A stretch of 63,652 nucleotides of DNA, filler included, from Atractiella rhizophila (GCA_021432655.1; 3 parts of 3 records of this genome joined end to end with filler, not necessarily neighbours in it); one strand, 5' to 3'. Counted from the first letter of the whole stretch, positions 23,928 to 37,723 are shown. A program made the numbers and translations. The notes: generated from the sequence alone by a model not told the origin.

Positions 23928-25604
23928 ATGTCCGGCTGAGGCTCCTCCTGTAACTCTGTCCCTTCTTCCTTTTCTCCCCCGTCGTCAGAGTCATCCTCCT
24001 CGTCTACCTTCTCTAGAACGATAGCCTTCTTCCTCCTCCCTCCTCCTCCCTTCTTCTTCGGCTTCTTCAGATTCATCGACACCCACCTCCCATTCCCAGT
24101 CATCAAATATCCATGTCTACCCAAAAGCATGATTGAGCTCTCTAGCTTTTCGCAGGGAAGAAAGCGTACAGGTCATTGAAGAATACGCTCTCTAAGCTCT
24201 CTTCATCCTCCTCTGTATCCACCACACCCCCAAACATGATTCCCATCCCCTTCGATCCCCAAAGTGCCATCGTGCTTCCACTCCTCCTGCAAGGCGAGTA
24301 TCCCCCTCGTCGACGTTTCTCCCATTTCACTTGGGTCAGGTCAGCATCCATCCGAAGCAGCCAAGTATCGTCCAGCGCTATACCCGTCGCCTTTTTGCCT
24401 GAGTATTCTTTGCAGTACCCGCCTTCGTTCGGATTAGCAGAGTTCAGCTGAGAAAGGAACGAGACCCACCATGTAGAATGACGCCTTCTGCACAGGGGAG
24501 GAAGGAGAAACCGCTCCTCGCCCTTTGTCATTCCGCTCTCAGTAAGATGGCCACATGGGAAACAAAGATCGGGACGTACGACGGCCTCCGGTCTGTCTCC
24601 TTGAACATCACCTGCTGCCACTTATACTCCATCGTATCCCAAACCCACAAATCCTGCAAATAGTTCGTACGGATCCCAACATCATGGAAGCCCTACATAT
24701 TTCGCGGTCGTGAGGTATGAACGATACGGCAGAGGGAACCACCCACTCACTCCGTAGAGCACGATCCACTGCTTCCAAACCGCCATCCTGTGACCACTCC
24801 TCGCACTCGGCCTGATCTTGGTTTCATATCTCTCCCAGGCGTGAGAGGTGATGTCAAAGGACCAGAGGTCGCGCCAATGGTGAAAAGATGTTTGGTTAAA
24901 GGAGGCAAATTCACCTCCTATGCCAGAGCGAAGGGTAAGAACATTCAGTAGCAACGAGAGGAGGTGAAAGGACAGACCGAAGAGCCAGAGTTTGCCGCCT
25001 TGTGATGCCATCGGCGCTATTTGATGCTATGTTCCACCACATCAGCACCGACCGCTTCGAAATGTGAACAGGATAGGACGCACTGCTGATCTGGGACCAG
25101 GACAGGTAGGTGAGGTGAACTTCTTCCACTCGTTCTTGTCCGGAGCATATCGATACAAGTCATTGTAAAAGTAGCTGTTTCGTATGCATTTATAGGCAAA
25201 TAAGCATTATTGTCTGTGTGGAAGAGGTAAGACAGACCACTTGTCTCCATCAAAGTATTCGCCTCCAAACAACCACAGGTGATCGCTAAGAGGACAGGGG
25301 GTGAGAGTTGCATTAGCCCTTCTCGTAGGTGGCCCCTCTACTATTTCTTGCGTCATTTTATGCTCTTCTTCCCATTTCCTGTCCATGATGCAAGTGAGCG
25401 AACACCATGGAACTAGCCAAAGACAGAATAGTACCGTCTAAAGTCTTCCAAGGTCTGTATCAGGTCCTCCTCATCTTCTACCTCCTCCTTCTTGCCCTTC
25501 TTATCCTTCTTAATGCTTTTCACATTCTTCTTCTCTGCCTTGGAGGCAGCTTTGGCTTTCTTCGCTGCTTTCGCGGCGACCGATTTTTTATCTTTCTTCC
25601 CCAT
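23928..25604 (-). CDS. KEL3: kelch-repeat protein Kel3/KLHDC4, 3' end cut by the gap
   Basis: MGKKDKK Lys-rich start; GPPTRRANAT; LWLFGGEF; PSARSGHRM; GIMFGGVVDTEEDEESLESVFFNDL. Confidence 0.88.
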
Positions 25605-25828
25605 AGAATACTGGTTACACTGTTGCCTAGGGGCCAAAATGATAAAGGACAGGTGAGTCGATGATAACTGTAGATGCCCAAAGCAATCGATCAAAATTTA
25701 GGATTCCTTAGGATTGTGTGCCACGAAGCACCGAGCCAACGAGTCATTTCGTCACTTCCTATACTTCTAAGCTTGTCGCTAGCTGTCCACTTGTGGCTCG
25801 TTGGACAATCTAGCCACTTGGAAATCGT

Positions 25829-28800
25829 ATGTCAAACGAGCGACCAAGGAAGAAGGCACGGACGGAGGGAGTGACGCTATTAAATTATTTCACTTCTCCT
25901 TCCAAGTCTAAGCTTGCCTCTGCTCCTGGCTCCCCGTCCAAGTCTTCAACGCAAACTTCTACATCTAAATCTGGAGTAAATTCTGGGTTAGGTTCTGCAT
26001 CAAGGAAGAGGGCGCATGGGAAAGGAAAGGACAAAGAAGTAATTGTCATTGAAGAGGACGAGGATTCAGTCGCTATTGGAGATAGTACAGAGATTACAAC
26101 GGGGACTTTGGATGCCGTTGAGTGGGATAAGGACGACATAAAGGTTGATGAGGAGTTTGCGAGGAAGCTGGATATGGAGTTGAATGGGCTGAGAGAGGAT
26201 AAGGAAAGTAAACTGGTGGAAGATCAAAAGAAGCCATTAGAAGATGCGAAGATTGAGAAGAATGGCAAGAAGAGGAAAGCTCGAGAACTGGAGGAGCATC
26301 AGGCAACACCTTCAAAGGGTTCGACTTCCAAGACGCCTCCTGCAGAATCGACCTCGACCTCGACCTCTGCAGCATTTCCTATTCCACTCTCTCTCGATAC
26401 GTTCCTATTCGAACCCTCATCTCTTCCACTGTCTCCCACCTCTCCGCTCCCTTATTCCATCCTCTCCTCTGCCTTCGTCTTACTCAGCAGCACGAAATCA
26501 CGTCTGCTTATTACTTCCATCCTCACAAACCTCATTCGCACCATTCTACACTTCCAACCACATCTCCTCCTCCCTGCACTCTACTTAATGATGGGACAAG
26601 GCCTCGGAGCGCCTTGGGAGAAAGAGGGTAAAGAGTACGGCGTGGGAGGCAAGATGGTGTCCGACCTGATCTCCGAGCTCAGCGGTTGCTCGAAATCCAA
26701 ATTGAGGGAGCTTTGGAACACGTCTGGGGATCCGGGCGATGTGGCGTTTACTGCTCTCTCATCTTCCACTGGCGGTCGAACTACCCTCAACTTTGCTCGA
26801 CAGGAAAAGGAGCTGACGATCGAATTTTTGTATGAGACGTTTAGGGAACTACCCACTATCGAGGGGAAGAATTCGATGAAATCGAAGAAGGATAAATTGA
26901 GGAAGGTACTTCTGAGAGCAAAAGGAGAGGAGGTACGATGGGTCATTAGGACTATCTCGAATAATCTCCGGGTGGGAGCGGTCAAGTTGACGGCTCTCAA
27001 TTCTCTCGCCAGAGCGGCCTGCCTCGTTCCTTTCTCGGATGCAGATGGGAACGAAGGGAAGGACGAGTTCTACATCAGCGAGGAGAGGAGGAAAGGGCTG
27101 AAGGTTATCCCAGAGGGAAAGAGGGAGAAGGAAGCTCCGGGGAGAGAAGAGGTCATGCGTCAGCTTGGGAAGGCAGAAAGAACCATACGCGAAGGTGCGA
27201 TTTCTTTGTCGTCCATAATCTAAAGTGTGATTAAGTTGCACGCAGTCTATGTCCGCCATCCATCCTACGCCCACATCGTCCCTGCGCTCGTAAAACACGG
27301 CCTCTCAGCCCTCCCTTCCCTAATTCGTATCCAACCTGGCACCCCAGTGCTCTTCATGCTTGGGCAAATCACGCGGGACCTCAAAGAGGTAGAGGAAAGG
27401 CTGGGGAGAAAACGGCAGTTCGTGGCGGAGTGGAAGTACGACGGTCAACGGGTGCAGATGCATGCCAGGCGAAGAAGAGAGGGGGAAGTTCCCAAGGAAG
27501 GGGTGGGAGGGAAGTGGACGGATGATGGAGAGGTCTATGTGAGACTATTCTCTAGACACCTGGAGGATATGTAAGTTCGTCCGGATCTGGTCTAGAAGCG
27601 AAATTGACTACTGTGTGTGATGAAAGGACAGACAAATACCCTGACATCGTCACACTCGCTCCGCATCTTCTTTCCCGCCTTCCTGCCGGCGAAGATCAGT
27701 CATTCATCATTGACGCTGAAGTCCGTTGCTCAGTGAGGTTTATCATAGCTGACTCGCGGATAGATATGTGCCATCGACAAAGAAACGCGATCCTTGCTTT
27801 CTTTCCAGACGCTCTCCACTCGGGGTAGGAAGGATGTGAAAGCCAGCGATGTCAAAATTCGAGTTGGGATCTTCTCCTTCGACCTCATGTACCTGAACGG
27901 ATCCTCCCTCCTCCAATCACCATTTCGCACTCGCCGGTCCCTCCTCCACACCCATTTTCCTCCATTCGAGTCCCCCGATCCATTTATTGCGAGGTTCGAT
28001 CATGTGAAGAATATGGAGGGCACGATGGAGAAAGGAGAAGAGGTGGAGAGCTTTATGAGAGAAGCGGTGGAGGGGAGGTGTGAAGGTATCATGGTCAAGA
28101 TTTTGGATGAAGACGTAGGTGTGAAAGAAGAAGACGATGGTGGAGAAGGTGAGGAAAGTGAAGTCGAAGATGAACAGGGTAAGAAGAAGAGGGGGAGGAG
28201 GAAGGCGCTGCCTGCTTCGTATGAGTGTGGTGGGTTACTCCTACTCTATTGCGAACATGATCTGAGTTTGCAACACCCGATAGACAAGCGAGCAGACAGC
28301 TGGCTAAAGGTTAAGAAAGACTACGGCGCGACAGGGGACACTTTTGACCTCGTTCCGAGTTTGTTTTCTCTTGTTTCTACTTTCAAACTAATCCTGAGAG
28401 GGTGTCCAGTCGGGGGCTTTCATGGCATGGGACGAAAGAATGCCTGGTACTCTCCAATCCTCCTTGCCGTCTACGACGCAGAGAATGACACCTTCGTTGC
28501 CGTGTGCAAATGCATGTCTGGTTTTTCAGACAAGGTGTACAAAGAAATCTTTGAACGGTTCAATCCTGACAAGGACGACGGCATGGCGTCCAGACAGCCG
28601 ATATTTCCTAACGTTTCCACGCGTCGGTCTCTCTCTCTTTCCCTTATCTTGTGCTCTTACATAGGATTGATATGATACCTGGAACAGCCATTCGCCCTGA
28701 CGTCTATTTCAAACCGAAGGAAGTATGGGAGATCCAAGCTGCTGATCTCACTCTCTCCCCCGTTTACAAGGCAGGGATAGGAGAGGTGTCGGAGAGTAGG

Positions 28801-28938
28801 GGGATATCACTTCGTTTCCCTAGATTCTTGAACAAGAGGGAGGACAAGGATGTGTTCCAAGCAATGAGTGCGGAAGAGTTGGGAGAAGCGTATAAGAGGC
28901 AAAGTAATGTGCATGGGAGGTTCGAGGAAGAAGAGTGA
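25829..28938 (+). CDS. ATP-dependent DNA ligase I-family protein (probably the second, Adl1-like paralog)
   Basis: DNA-binding domain (GDPGDVA, GEEVRWVIRT); motif I EWKYDGQRVQMH; FSFDLMYLNG; CEGIMVK; WLKVKKDY; KCMSGFSD; ISLRFPRF. Confidence 0.93.
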
Positions 28939-29019
28939 TTGTGCCGTGAACATGCACGATGTAAATAAGTTATGATGCATTACGTGCCTCGTCACAATCT
29001 ATGTACCACCAACAATCCG

Positions 29020-30396
29020 TCACTCAGTCTTTATCTTCTCCTTCTTCTCCTTCCTCCATGCCTTGACCGCTTTGAAGGTTGCGGCAAGGAGATAAGTCGC
29101 CAATGGTCCCAAGAAAGGAGTAATGACAGCATACTTATGTTCATCGGGAAAGTAAAGCATACTGACCATCTTGGGATTGAAGAAAGCACGATTTGCCACC
29201 TCCCTCGCTTCTGCACTAAGCTTGAGTTGTTCTTCCTCAGTTTCTGCCTTCAGAACGTTGTCCAAGGCGTCAAGGGCGGACGTGAAGTCGGCCTGCACTT
29301 CAATAGAGATTGGCATGTTTGTTATCCGCCGAGTCAAATCTAGTACGCCTTGAAGAGCGACAAGAGAAGAGTCGATGTTTTCGTATGTTCGGTCGCGGAG
29401 GAGAGATGAGAGGTGCACTGAGGAGAACATGCTTGTTGATGAAGAGAGGGAGGGGACGCCGAGGAGGATGGAGAGTTGAGAGGCGAACAAGGAGAAGGGG
29501 TGTGCTAGGTCGGATGGTGACAGGGTGGTAGAGGAGGGAGGGTTGTAGAGCGCTACGCCACCCCATTGTGGTGTTATGAAGCCGCTAGCTGCATAGCTTC
29601 CTTCAGTACTTGAAAGTATGGAGAAGGAAAACCCACCTTTTCGACCTTTGATCGTGAGCGGCCGATGACGCGGAGAAGGAGCGAAGAGGATGAAATGTAA
29701 TTTACTTGTGGCACTCGTAGATGCTTAACTCATCCTAGTCAGCATTTCGAGGGTAAGCGAAAGATGAGGGAAGTACCCAGATTCCATTCCGCAGAATTGA
29801 CGAATGCCTTCAAGTCCTCCTCTTCCACCATCCAATTTTGTTCCTCCTGATCAAATATCGGCTGAATAGAAAGAGGTGCATAGTACGACATTTGAGTCTC
29901 AATACTGAAGTTATGCAGTGGTTCCAAGGCAGAGAGGACGGGAAGAATTTGATCTGTTCTCCATTAGATGTATTCAGCCTTTTCTTTTGTAAATGAGGAA
30001 AACGAACCTCGGAGCGCCAAATTCACGTCCCAGTCCATAATTCCTCCTCCTACAGAAGAGTCCTCGTTCAAAAGACTGAATACGAGTTCCACATCCTTCG
30101 AATAAGGCAGAACTCTGCGATCCTTCGCAGGATTGCCTCCATTCGTCGTCTCAGCACCACAGCTGCCGTCTTTTCGCTCGAGAGTGTTCAAGAAGCAAGG
30201 CTACTCTAATCGTTAGCGTCTCATTCCAGATTATAACAGATAAACGCACCCGTCGAGTGTTCCACGCCTCTACGCGCTCTGAGGGAAGAGAGTGTCGTGG
30301 AACGTAAGTCGTGGAATACCAAATGGGGATGCCGAGGAGGACAATGAGCCAATGGGATAGGAGTATACTACGTGTCGTCTTTCCTTCTGAAGTCAT
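29020..30396 (-). CDS. GPI17: GPI transamidase subunit PIG-S
   Basis: N-terminal TM LLGIPIWYSTT; LVFSLLNED; AFFNPKMVSMLYFPDEHKYAVITPFLGP; C-terminal TM and dilysine tail. Confidence 0.92.
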
Positions 30397-30536
30397 ATCT
30401 CTCTCCTTTCCGGATATCAGAAATGGCCCAGTTCGATGTTTGCAGCGGAACCGAGTGTTGTGGAGGTCGGAAGAGAGACCACACCACAAAGCGAAACGAC
30501 GATTCGATCATCGCTCTGCCACAGAAGCAGCATCTC

Positions 30537-33121
30537 ATGGAAGGCGCGCCGTCAGTTCCACCGAACATACCTTTAGAGCCTCTGCCTCCGGGCTGGACGG
30601 AACATCGCGGTATGTATTCCTCTTCGTTCAGCATGGGTAGAAGTTGAGTGGAATGGCCATGGTGGGAATGACAGCTCCAGAGGGCCAGCCGTATTACTAC
30701 AACGCGATCACGAAAGTGTCTACCTACACCCGTCCACGTCTCCAACCTCCCCCGAACTTCCCTCCTCCTCCCACAGGCTTCAGCGCGCCGCCTGGTTTTC
30801 AGCCTCCCATGATGCCCATCCAGATGCCCATGCACTTTCAGCCACCGGTTTATGGAGTCGTTCCTGGTCAGCAGAGGAGAGATAAGGAGAAGGAGAAGGG
30901 AAAGGAGAAGGCGGCGAAGAGGACGCCGATTGGAGAAGAGTGGATCATGGTCGAGACGAACGAGGGGAATACGTTCTTTAGAAATAAGAAGAATAAAACG
31001 TCCTTTTGGGAAGTCCCTGAAGAGATCAAGGATGAGGTGGAGGAGATACTTGCTCAGCGCAAGCTGGAAACGGCGCCGAAAATCGAAGAAGAGGAAGAAA
31101 TGAAGGAGGAAGAGGAGGAGGAGGAAGTGAAAGAAGAGAGTCCGAGAGGTCAGAAGCGGAAGCCATCTCCTGCGGTGGAGGAGGAGAAACCGAAGAAGAA
31201 GAAAGCGAAGCAGCAGGTGGTTGCGAGTGTTGAGGACTTGGACGAGGAATGGCAGAAGAGTATTGCGGCAGAAATGGCCGCTGAAGCTGAGGCGGAAGCT
31301 GAAGAGGAGAAGTTGGGTGACGAGGTGGAGGATAAGAATACTGAGGTTCCGTCAGCAGTTGGTGGAGATGCGGTAGATATTGATTTGTCTGCTGACGAGG
31401 CAAAAGCGGTTTACAAGGTGTGCCTTGTCTTCTCCTCAGTTCAAAGTGGGAATCGGCTGTGACGTGTAGCTTATGGTGGTTAGGCTATGCTCTTTGAGAA
31501 GGATATCAATCCCATGTCCCCATGGGACATGGAGCTACCTAAATTTGTAAACGATAAACGGTACCTTGGTATGTCTATCTCTAGTTACATCCTCGAGAGG
31601 TCACCATCACTTACTAAAAGTTCTACAGCTGTGAAGAATACCAAAGATCGGAGAGATATTTTTGACGAGTGGTGCAAGGAGAAGATCAGAGAAAACAGAG
31701 CAGCAAAGAAAGAAAAAGAGAAAGCAGCAAAAGTTGATGTAAGTCCTTCTCCTCCCTCCCGATCTTCCATCCACTTGTCCTTCTAACTGGATGGTACAGC
31801 CAGCACAAGCTTATCGCAACCTGCTGATCGAGACGGTCTCATCCACGCGGACGCATTGGGAGGATTTCAAGCGCGACCACAAGCGAGACTCGCGTTTCCG
31901 AGAATATGGGAGGGACGACAGGGAGCGAGAGAAGGTGTTCAAATCTTGGCTGCGAGAGCTAGGGGAGAGGAAGCGGGCTGACGCTCAAAAAGCCGAAGAA
32001 CGCTTTCTAGAGATGCTTCGGTCTTCAAAGGACATCGTCGCTGATTCCAAGTGGAAAGACGTGAAAGGTTCTTTCAGCTCCGATCCGAGGTATACTGCGG
32101 TGAAAGCGAGTAAGGAACGGGAAGGGTTGTTTGATCGATATTTGGAGGAGTTGAAAAAAGGAGATGGGAGGGGGAAGAGCAGTGTGGAAGAGAAGAAGGA
32201 GGCGAGTTTGAGAGAGAGGGAGAAGGCGGTTTTGTGGGAGAAGGAGCGGACGGAGAAGGAGGTGAGGAGGGCCGTGGGGGCTGCAAATCGTGAAGAGGGT
32301 CAGAGGGTCTTTGAGCAGCTCCTCATTGATGCTGTCAGGAACGAGAATGTGAGCAAACCCGTCATTTCTGAAGCGCCGATGCTGAATGACTGAGCAGCTG
32401 ACGTGGGAAGACGCTCTTCCTGGGTTGAAGAAAGACCCACGATTTGAAGGGACATCATTACGCCCGACAGAGAAAATCGAGCTGTTTAATCGACACATCG
32501 AAGGTCTCAAATCCAAGCGGAGCGATGCAGTCGAGAAGCTGTTTGAAACCCACGCTCCTTCACTAGACACCACATTTGAGACTGTTTTCCCACAAATCTC
32601 GGACAATCCGGCCGTGACACGTCTATCGCTCACCCCCCCTCAACTAGAAGAGAACTTCAATGCCTTCCAGCGACGTCGGCTGTTGTTTGCGAAGCAGGAT
32701 TTCGAGCAGCTTATGGGCGAGAACAGCTTTATCGAGTTTTGGGGCAGGATACAGAAGGACAAGTCGGATAAAGAGGCGGCAAAGAAGGTGCTGGATGAGG
32801 AGGGACTTGATGAAGAGGAATATGGAGAGACCCAGGTCGACTTGGGTGCAATGGCGAAGAGCGTGGATCTGAAAGACATCCACAAAGTGCTGCAGGTTCG
32901 TCTTTAGCTTCTGTTCTGGCTTGTGGACCTGCTTGACTGATCGTCGTCGTGTGCACAGCATGACAAACGTTATAGGATGTTTGATTATGATCCTGAGTTG
33001 AGAGAGAGTATGATCCGCGTGAGTTTTGCTTCTCCTCGTCACCTCAAGCTCTCCGCTGACACCAGTACAGGACTACCTGTCGAGGTTAGGAGGGCAAAAG
33101 CTGACGGTGCACCAAAAGTAA
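30537..33121 (+). CDS. WW/FF-domain protein (TCERG1/CA150/Urn1-like)
   Basis: LPPGWTEH/APEGQPYYYNAITKVSTYTRP; second WW domain; FF repeats (INPMSPWDMELPKFVNDKRY, FKRDHKRDSRF); ends TVHQK*. Confidence 0.9.
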
Positions 33122-33434
33122 ACGTTGCAGAGTATTTGTCACGGAATAATGCAGGAATATTGGAAGCAAGCATTATTTATGCACAATGCACCTGAAACTC
33201 CCATGGTTGGAGTGTCCAAGTAAGGTCCAAGCGTTTCCATGCGTAAGGTTCTCGGCCCAGCGGGAAAAAGGCAGACGTTCCCGCTGGCTGAAACTCTCCA
33301 ACGACGACCATAAGAAGGCTCTCTTTCTGTGAAATCGACCAGGTTCCTCGACAATCCTCTAAAGCTTTACGCTCACAGCTCAACAGCAACCCAGACACTC
33401 TTTCTTTCACTCTTTTGACCAAAATCCATCAAAC

Positions 33435-34344
33435 ATGTTCAAGCAAACTGCTCTCCTCACTTTCCTCGCCCTCTTTTCGGCTTCTAATGCCACCATCTAC
33501 TTTACTTCTGTGTGTATCTCTTTTTTCCGTTCTGATTGGGCCTAATTTTGCGGATAGCCCGTCGCTAGCACCTCTGGCACCGGAGGCCAGACCCTCACTA
33601 TTAAATGGGAGGATGATGGAGAGGCTCCCTCCGCCGCATCTTTCGGACCCAGTAGGTTCTTTGTCCTCTTTTAATCAAAATTTGATGGGGACGGGGTGAA
33701 GGCGTGATTGGCATCTATGCTGGAGGAAAGCTTCAACAAACCCTGCTGCAGAGCTTTGGCACCATTGATGACCCTTCAAAGGTTCTAAGTGTGGTATGTC
33801 GTTTTTTTTTAGCAACATTGAAATCTCTTACGAAGTTGAGCAGGCACCTGAGATTCCCAAAACCCTCGGACCCGATAGTGACCAATAGTGCGTTCCTCCT
33901 TCACCGCATGGCGAGCTGTTAATGATACGTCGGTCACAGCTTCATCCGTGTCACCAGCGTTTCTGCTAAGGACGCTGATGGGAATGCCCTCAACGCTTTC
34001 TCCGCCAAGTTCTCGTGCGTACCTTCCCTTTACGTCGCCTCACACAACTGAAAATATGGCATAACAGGCTCGAGGGAATGACTGGAAAGTTCTCCCCACA
34101 GGTCGAAGCTCAGATCTCCTCCCTCACCTCGTCGGCCACCCAGACTGGAAACAGCGGAAGCTCTCAGACGGCGAGCACCGGCGCTGGTACCACCTCGGCC
34201 AGCAGCAGCAGTTCGAAGGCGACCACCACCGCCACCACCACTTCTGCCGCTTCTCAGCAAAACGACAACAGTGCTGCGCCCAGCCTTAAGGTTGGCGGAG
34301 CTCTCTTTGCCGCAGTCGCTTCCTTGGCTTGGTTGGCTCTTTGA
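33435..34344 (+). CDS. GPI-anchored Ser/Thr-rich cell wall protein with a Kre9/Knh1-like N-terminal domain
   Basis: Signal peptide MFKQTALLTFLALFSASNA; TSPVAST..TIKWEDDG; IGIYAGG; AFSAKF; Ser/Thr stalk; hydrophobic C-terminus. Confidence 0.85.
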
Positions 34345-34596
34345 AGAGTGATCGTGGGCATCAGAGAATGAGGAATGATTTGTTTCTGGTTTGTGTCCCA
34401 GTTGGGATGGTTTTGGTTCATTTGTAGGATGCATTGCAGTCACCCATTTCGGTTTTCAAATATCTTACTCTCCAATCACAATCGAAGTATAATAAGGGTA
34501 AATGGAGTCGTTGCACAAAAGTTATGTGCCAATAATGCGGTAGACAGCATTGTTGTCACAAATGTGAGATTGATCGCTGAAAACATGAATTGCAGC

Positions 34597-36455
34597 CTAC
34601 GATTTCGAGACTTTGCTCTTTTTCGGGTTAGAAGGCTTTATCTTGGCGTCCCCGACGGTCTTCTTAAACTTCCCCTTCGCCTTGCCCAATGCAGTCGCAT
34701 CGACCTTGAACTTCTTCTCATCCAACGCTTTTGCAATCTTGAGTTTCTTCTTTTCCATCCTCCTCGCAATCCTCCCTGCATCCTCGCCCTTCACTTTCTT
34801 CCGTTCCTCTTTGGACAACTTCGCCAGTTGAGCACCGACGTCAGGTCGAGGAGTTGGCTTTGAAGGCGGCGCCGTCGGGGCAGAGATTGGTTTCGGTTTC
34901 TTGTCTGGTTTCGCCTTAGAGGCAGAAGACGAATCCTGAGCTTTTGATTTCGTTTTGTGCGTCGACGTTTCCTCCTTGGCTGTTTCAATTTGGGGACGCT
35001 TCCCCTCCTTTGCCTTGAGCGCTTTCATGGCCTTGAGCCTCGGTTCAGATTTGCACCGTTCGAATCGTAACTTCCTCTTTGACGACTTCACCGTTCCCTC
35101 ATCCATACCCATGAGCTCATCGACGCAATTCGAAGACTATATGTTCCTCAGCGCACACTCAGATAAAACCAAAGGCAGATGCGAACCTGAAAGACGACAT
35201 AAGCAAAACCCTTCCCTAGCCCCGTCTTCCGGTCCCTCACAATCCTGACGCGCTGCACATATCCTCCATCCTCCGGCGCACCCATCTCCTCTTTTAATTT
35301 CGCCTCCAGTGACTTCCTCAGCTTCTCTTCGTCTTCCGCAAAATCGAGATTGCCAACATAGATCGTCCGGCGAAGCTCATCCGTATCGACTTTTTTCTTC
35401 TCCTTCGATAAAGAATCGACAACGAGTGTCCGATCCATGAATACTGAGCCGTTGGCATTCTTCACCAACTCCCTCACGACATCCTGAGCTGTAACGTCTT
35501 TCCCTTCGCCGTCCACTTCAGCATTACGGTCAGCGAACACGACGTAAGCGTTGCAAGCTTTCGAGTTTGCATTCACTTCTCCCTTCACGAATGCGATCTT
35601 CCTCTTCTCCATCTCCGTCAATGCTCTGCCGTTTCCTCTCCCCTCAGTTTCATCTTTCAGCTCCGCTTTCTCTTCCCCTTGCTCCACCTTCCAAAGCTTC
35701 GCGCGCTTTCGACTTCGTGAGACACCTTCTAGCTCTTCCTCTGTCACTTCGCTCCGACGACCGAAAATGGAGGAAGAGAAAGCTACCGAGCGGAAGCGCA
35801 TAGATTGTACCTTGACACTCGCAGACGGTATGGAAGATGGGAGGTAGGATAGGAGATGGCGTATAAGAGGCTTCTGAAGCGACTAAGCAGTCATCTCAGC
35901 AATGCCAAAGTCTACAGTGAAAACGTACGCGCTGTTTCGATACTTCAACTGGCACGTTACCGACAAATATCGTCCGGGAGTTTTCAAGATCTTTCTCCTC
36001 TGCACTCTTGGGTTTTCTGTTCTGTCGCGCAACGCTCTCATGAACTAATTGCTCATCTTCGCTCACTTCCGCTTCATCTGCCATATCCTCGTCGCCATCC
36101 GAAGCGACCTCTCCTGCTGAAGCATCATCTTCATCTTCTTCGCCCGAATTCTCTGCGTCGTCCTCATCATTTTCATCAGAATTCTCAGCCTCCTCATCTT
36201 CCGCGAGCTCAGGCTCCTCGGGTCGAGGCTGCTCTACGACTTCCCTAGGTTTCGCTGGACCAAGCTATCCATGCAATACGTCCCATTGGTACACTTTCCC
36301 GCAGAAGCAAAGAAAAGACAGACAGATTTGCTGAAAATGTCGTCCAAGTCCTGGTCTATGACTGCACTGTTAGGTAGAAGAAAGGACGATGTTTTCGTCT
36401 TTTCTGGCTGTTCAACCGCGGCTGATTCAATTTCTCGATGCTTTCGTTTGCCCAT
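34597..36455 (-). CDS. NOP12: nucleolar RRM protein Nop12/RBM34
   Basis: RTIFVGNVP; SMRFRSVAF; CNAYVVF; RTIYVGNLDF; RIVRDRKTGLGKGFAYVVF; RKLRFERCK; Lys-rich tail. Confidence 0.92.
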
Positions 36456-36664
36456 CTCGCTCTTTTTTTCGTGAGGAGTTGATGTTATGTTTCTACAGGG
36501 AGAGTAAGTAAGAGAATTTTTGGCGATCTGGTACACAGACGCAAGGAACACGCCAAGGACGGGTCACGTGAATTTCAAAAGTGCTGTTTATCTTTCCGTT
36601 GTCAAGACGAGCATAGAAGGAGAGAAAAAGTAAGATTCATTGAAGACTCGTCCATTAAAGGGAA

Positions 36665-37723
36665 CTAAAAATGTCCAAGAATCCTGCCAACAACCCAACA
36701 CAGAACACCTTTCGAAAGACACTTAGAACAACAACTTCGCGAACAAAGCGACGGGGCAACGAGGGCAAAAGCATTCACTGCAACCTTGCTAGCGGGCGAA
36801 TTGCCGCTACTGCCAGTCTGGGTCGAGTTCGGAGCTGAGCTGGTATGCGAGCCGGTGGTAGTGTGGGAGCCAGTGCCGGTGGTCGTGGTCGTGGTAGAGG
36901 TCTGGGAGTTGGTGCTCGAAGTAGTCGCAGGCGCGGTTCCCGTTGTAGCTCCGGCTCCAGGAGGAGGGAGCTCAGTAAGCCCACCGAGCGCCAGAGCGTT
37001 GGCCAAGAATGTGCCTGCTGTTTGCTCTCCCGTTGTTGGTGGATTGACAGAGAAGACGCCTCCGGAAGTGCAAGAGGCGGAATCGAAGAACTAATCCCAT
37101 CTTTACAACTGTAGTAAACAAGAAAAGAGAAGAACGGACCCAATGAGGATTGGAGTCAGCGATCGTGTAATTGTAAGTGCCACCGGTGCCTCCTGTTGGG
37201 ACGCTCTCAGGTCCGGCAGAAAAACCACCATTGAGAGGTGTGCAGGGGTTCTAATCACTACTTTGAGAAAACGGTTCTGGATTCAAGGGAGCATGAGGCT
37301 GGCTTACTGCCCATGTAGATTCTATGCACAGTGTTAGTCCTTCAGGAACAGGGCGTGTTAACAACGAACCGTAAACTTGATGCACTCCCTGCCTGAACTC
37401 AAAGGCGACTACATCACCTAGCTGAGTCTGGGTAGAAGATGGATCTACCGATTTCCTCTCAATCCTCTGCCTTGTTTCATTCAGAATGAAACTACACACC
37501 GAATCCAACACCTGTATTTACCAACGTATCAATCGACACCTTTCAGTTCTGCCACAAGATGCATACCCGGTTGCCCAGTCCTCTCGTCGATCCCAACACC
37601 GACCTGCAGTCGACTCCCCATCAGCAACTCAATAAGAACTGTCTAAGAATAAAGGCGCACGGTATACACGAATTGAGATCGTGCGAGGAGCGGCGCAGAA
37701 GCAAGAAGGAGCGTAAGGAGCAT
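36665..37723 (-). CDS. secreted, probably GPI-anchored cupredoxin-like Ser/Thr-rich protein
   Basis: Signal peptide; GDVVAFEFRQGVHQV; PCTPLNGGF; PHWFFDSASCTSGGVFSVNP; Thr-rich stalk. The 3' end may be frameshifted, with the true stop at 36723. Confidence 0.7.
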
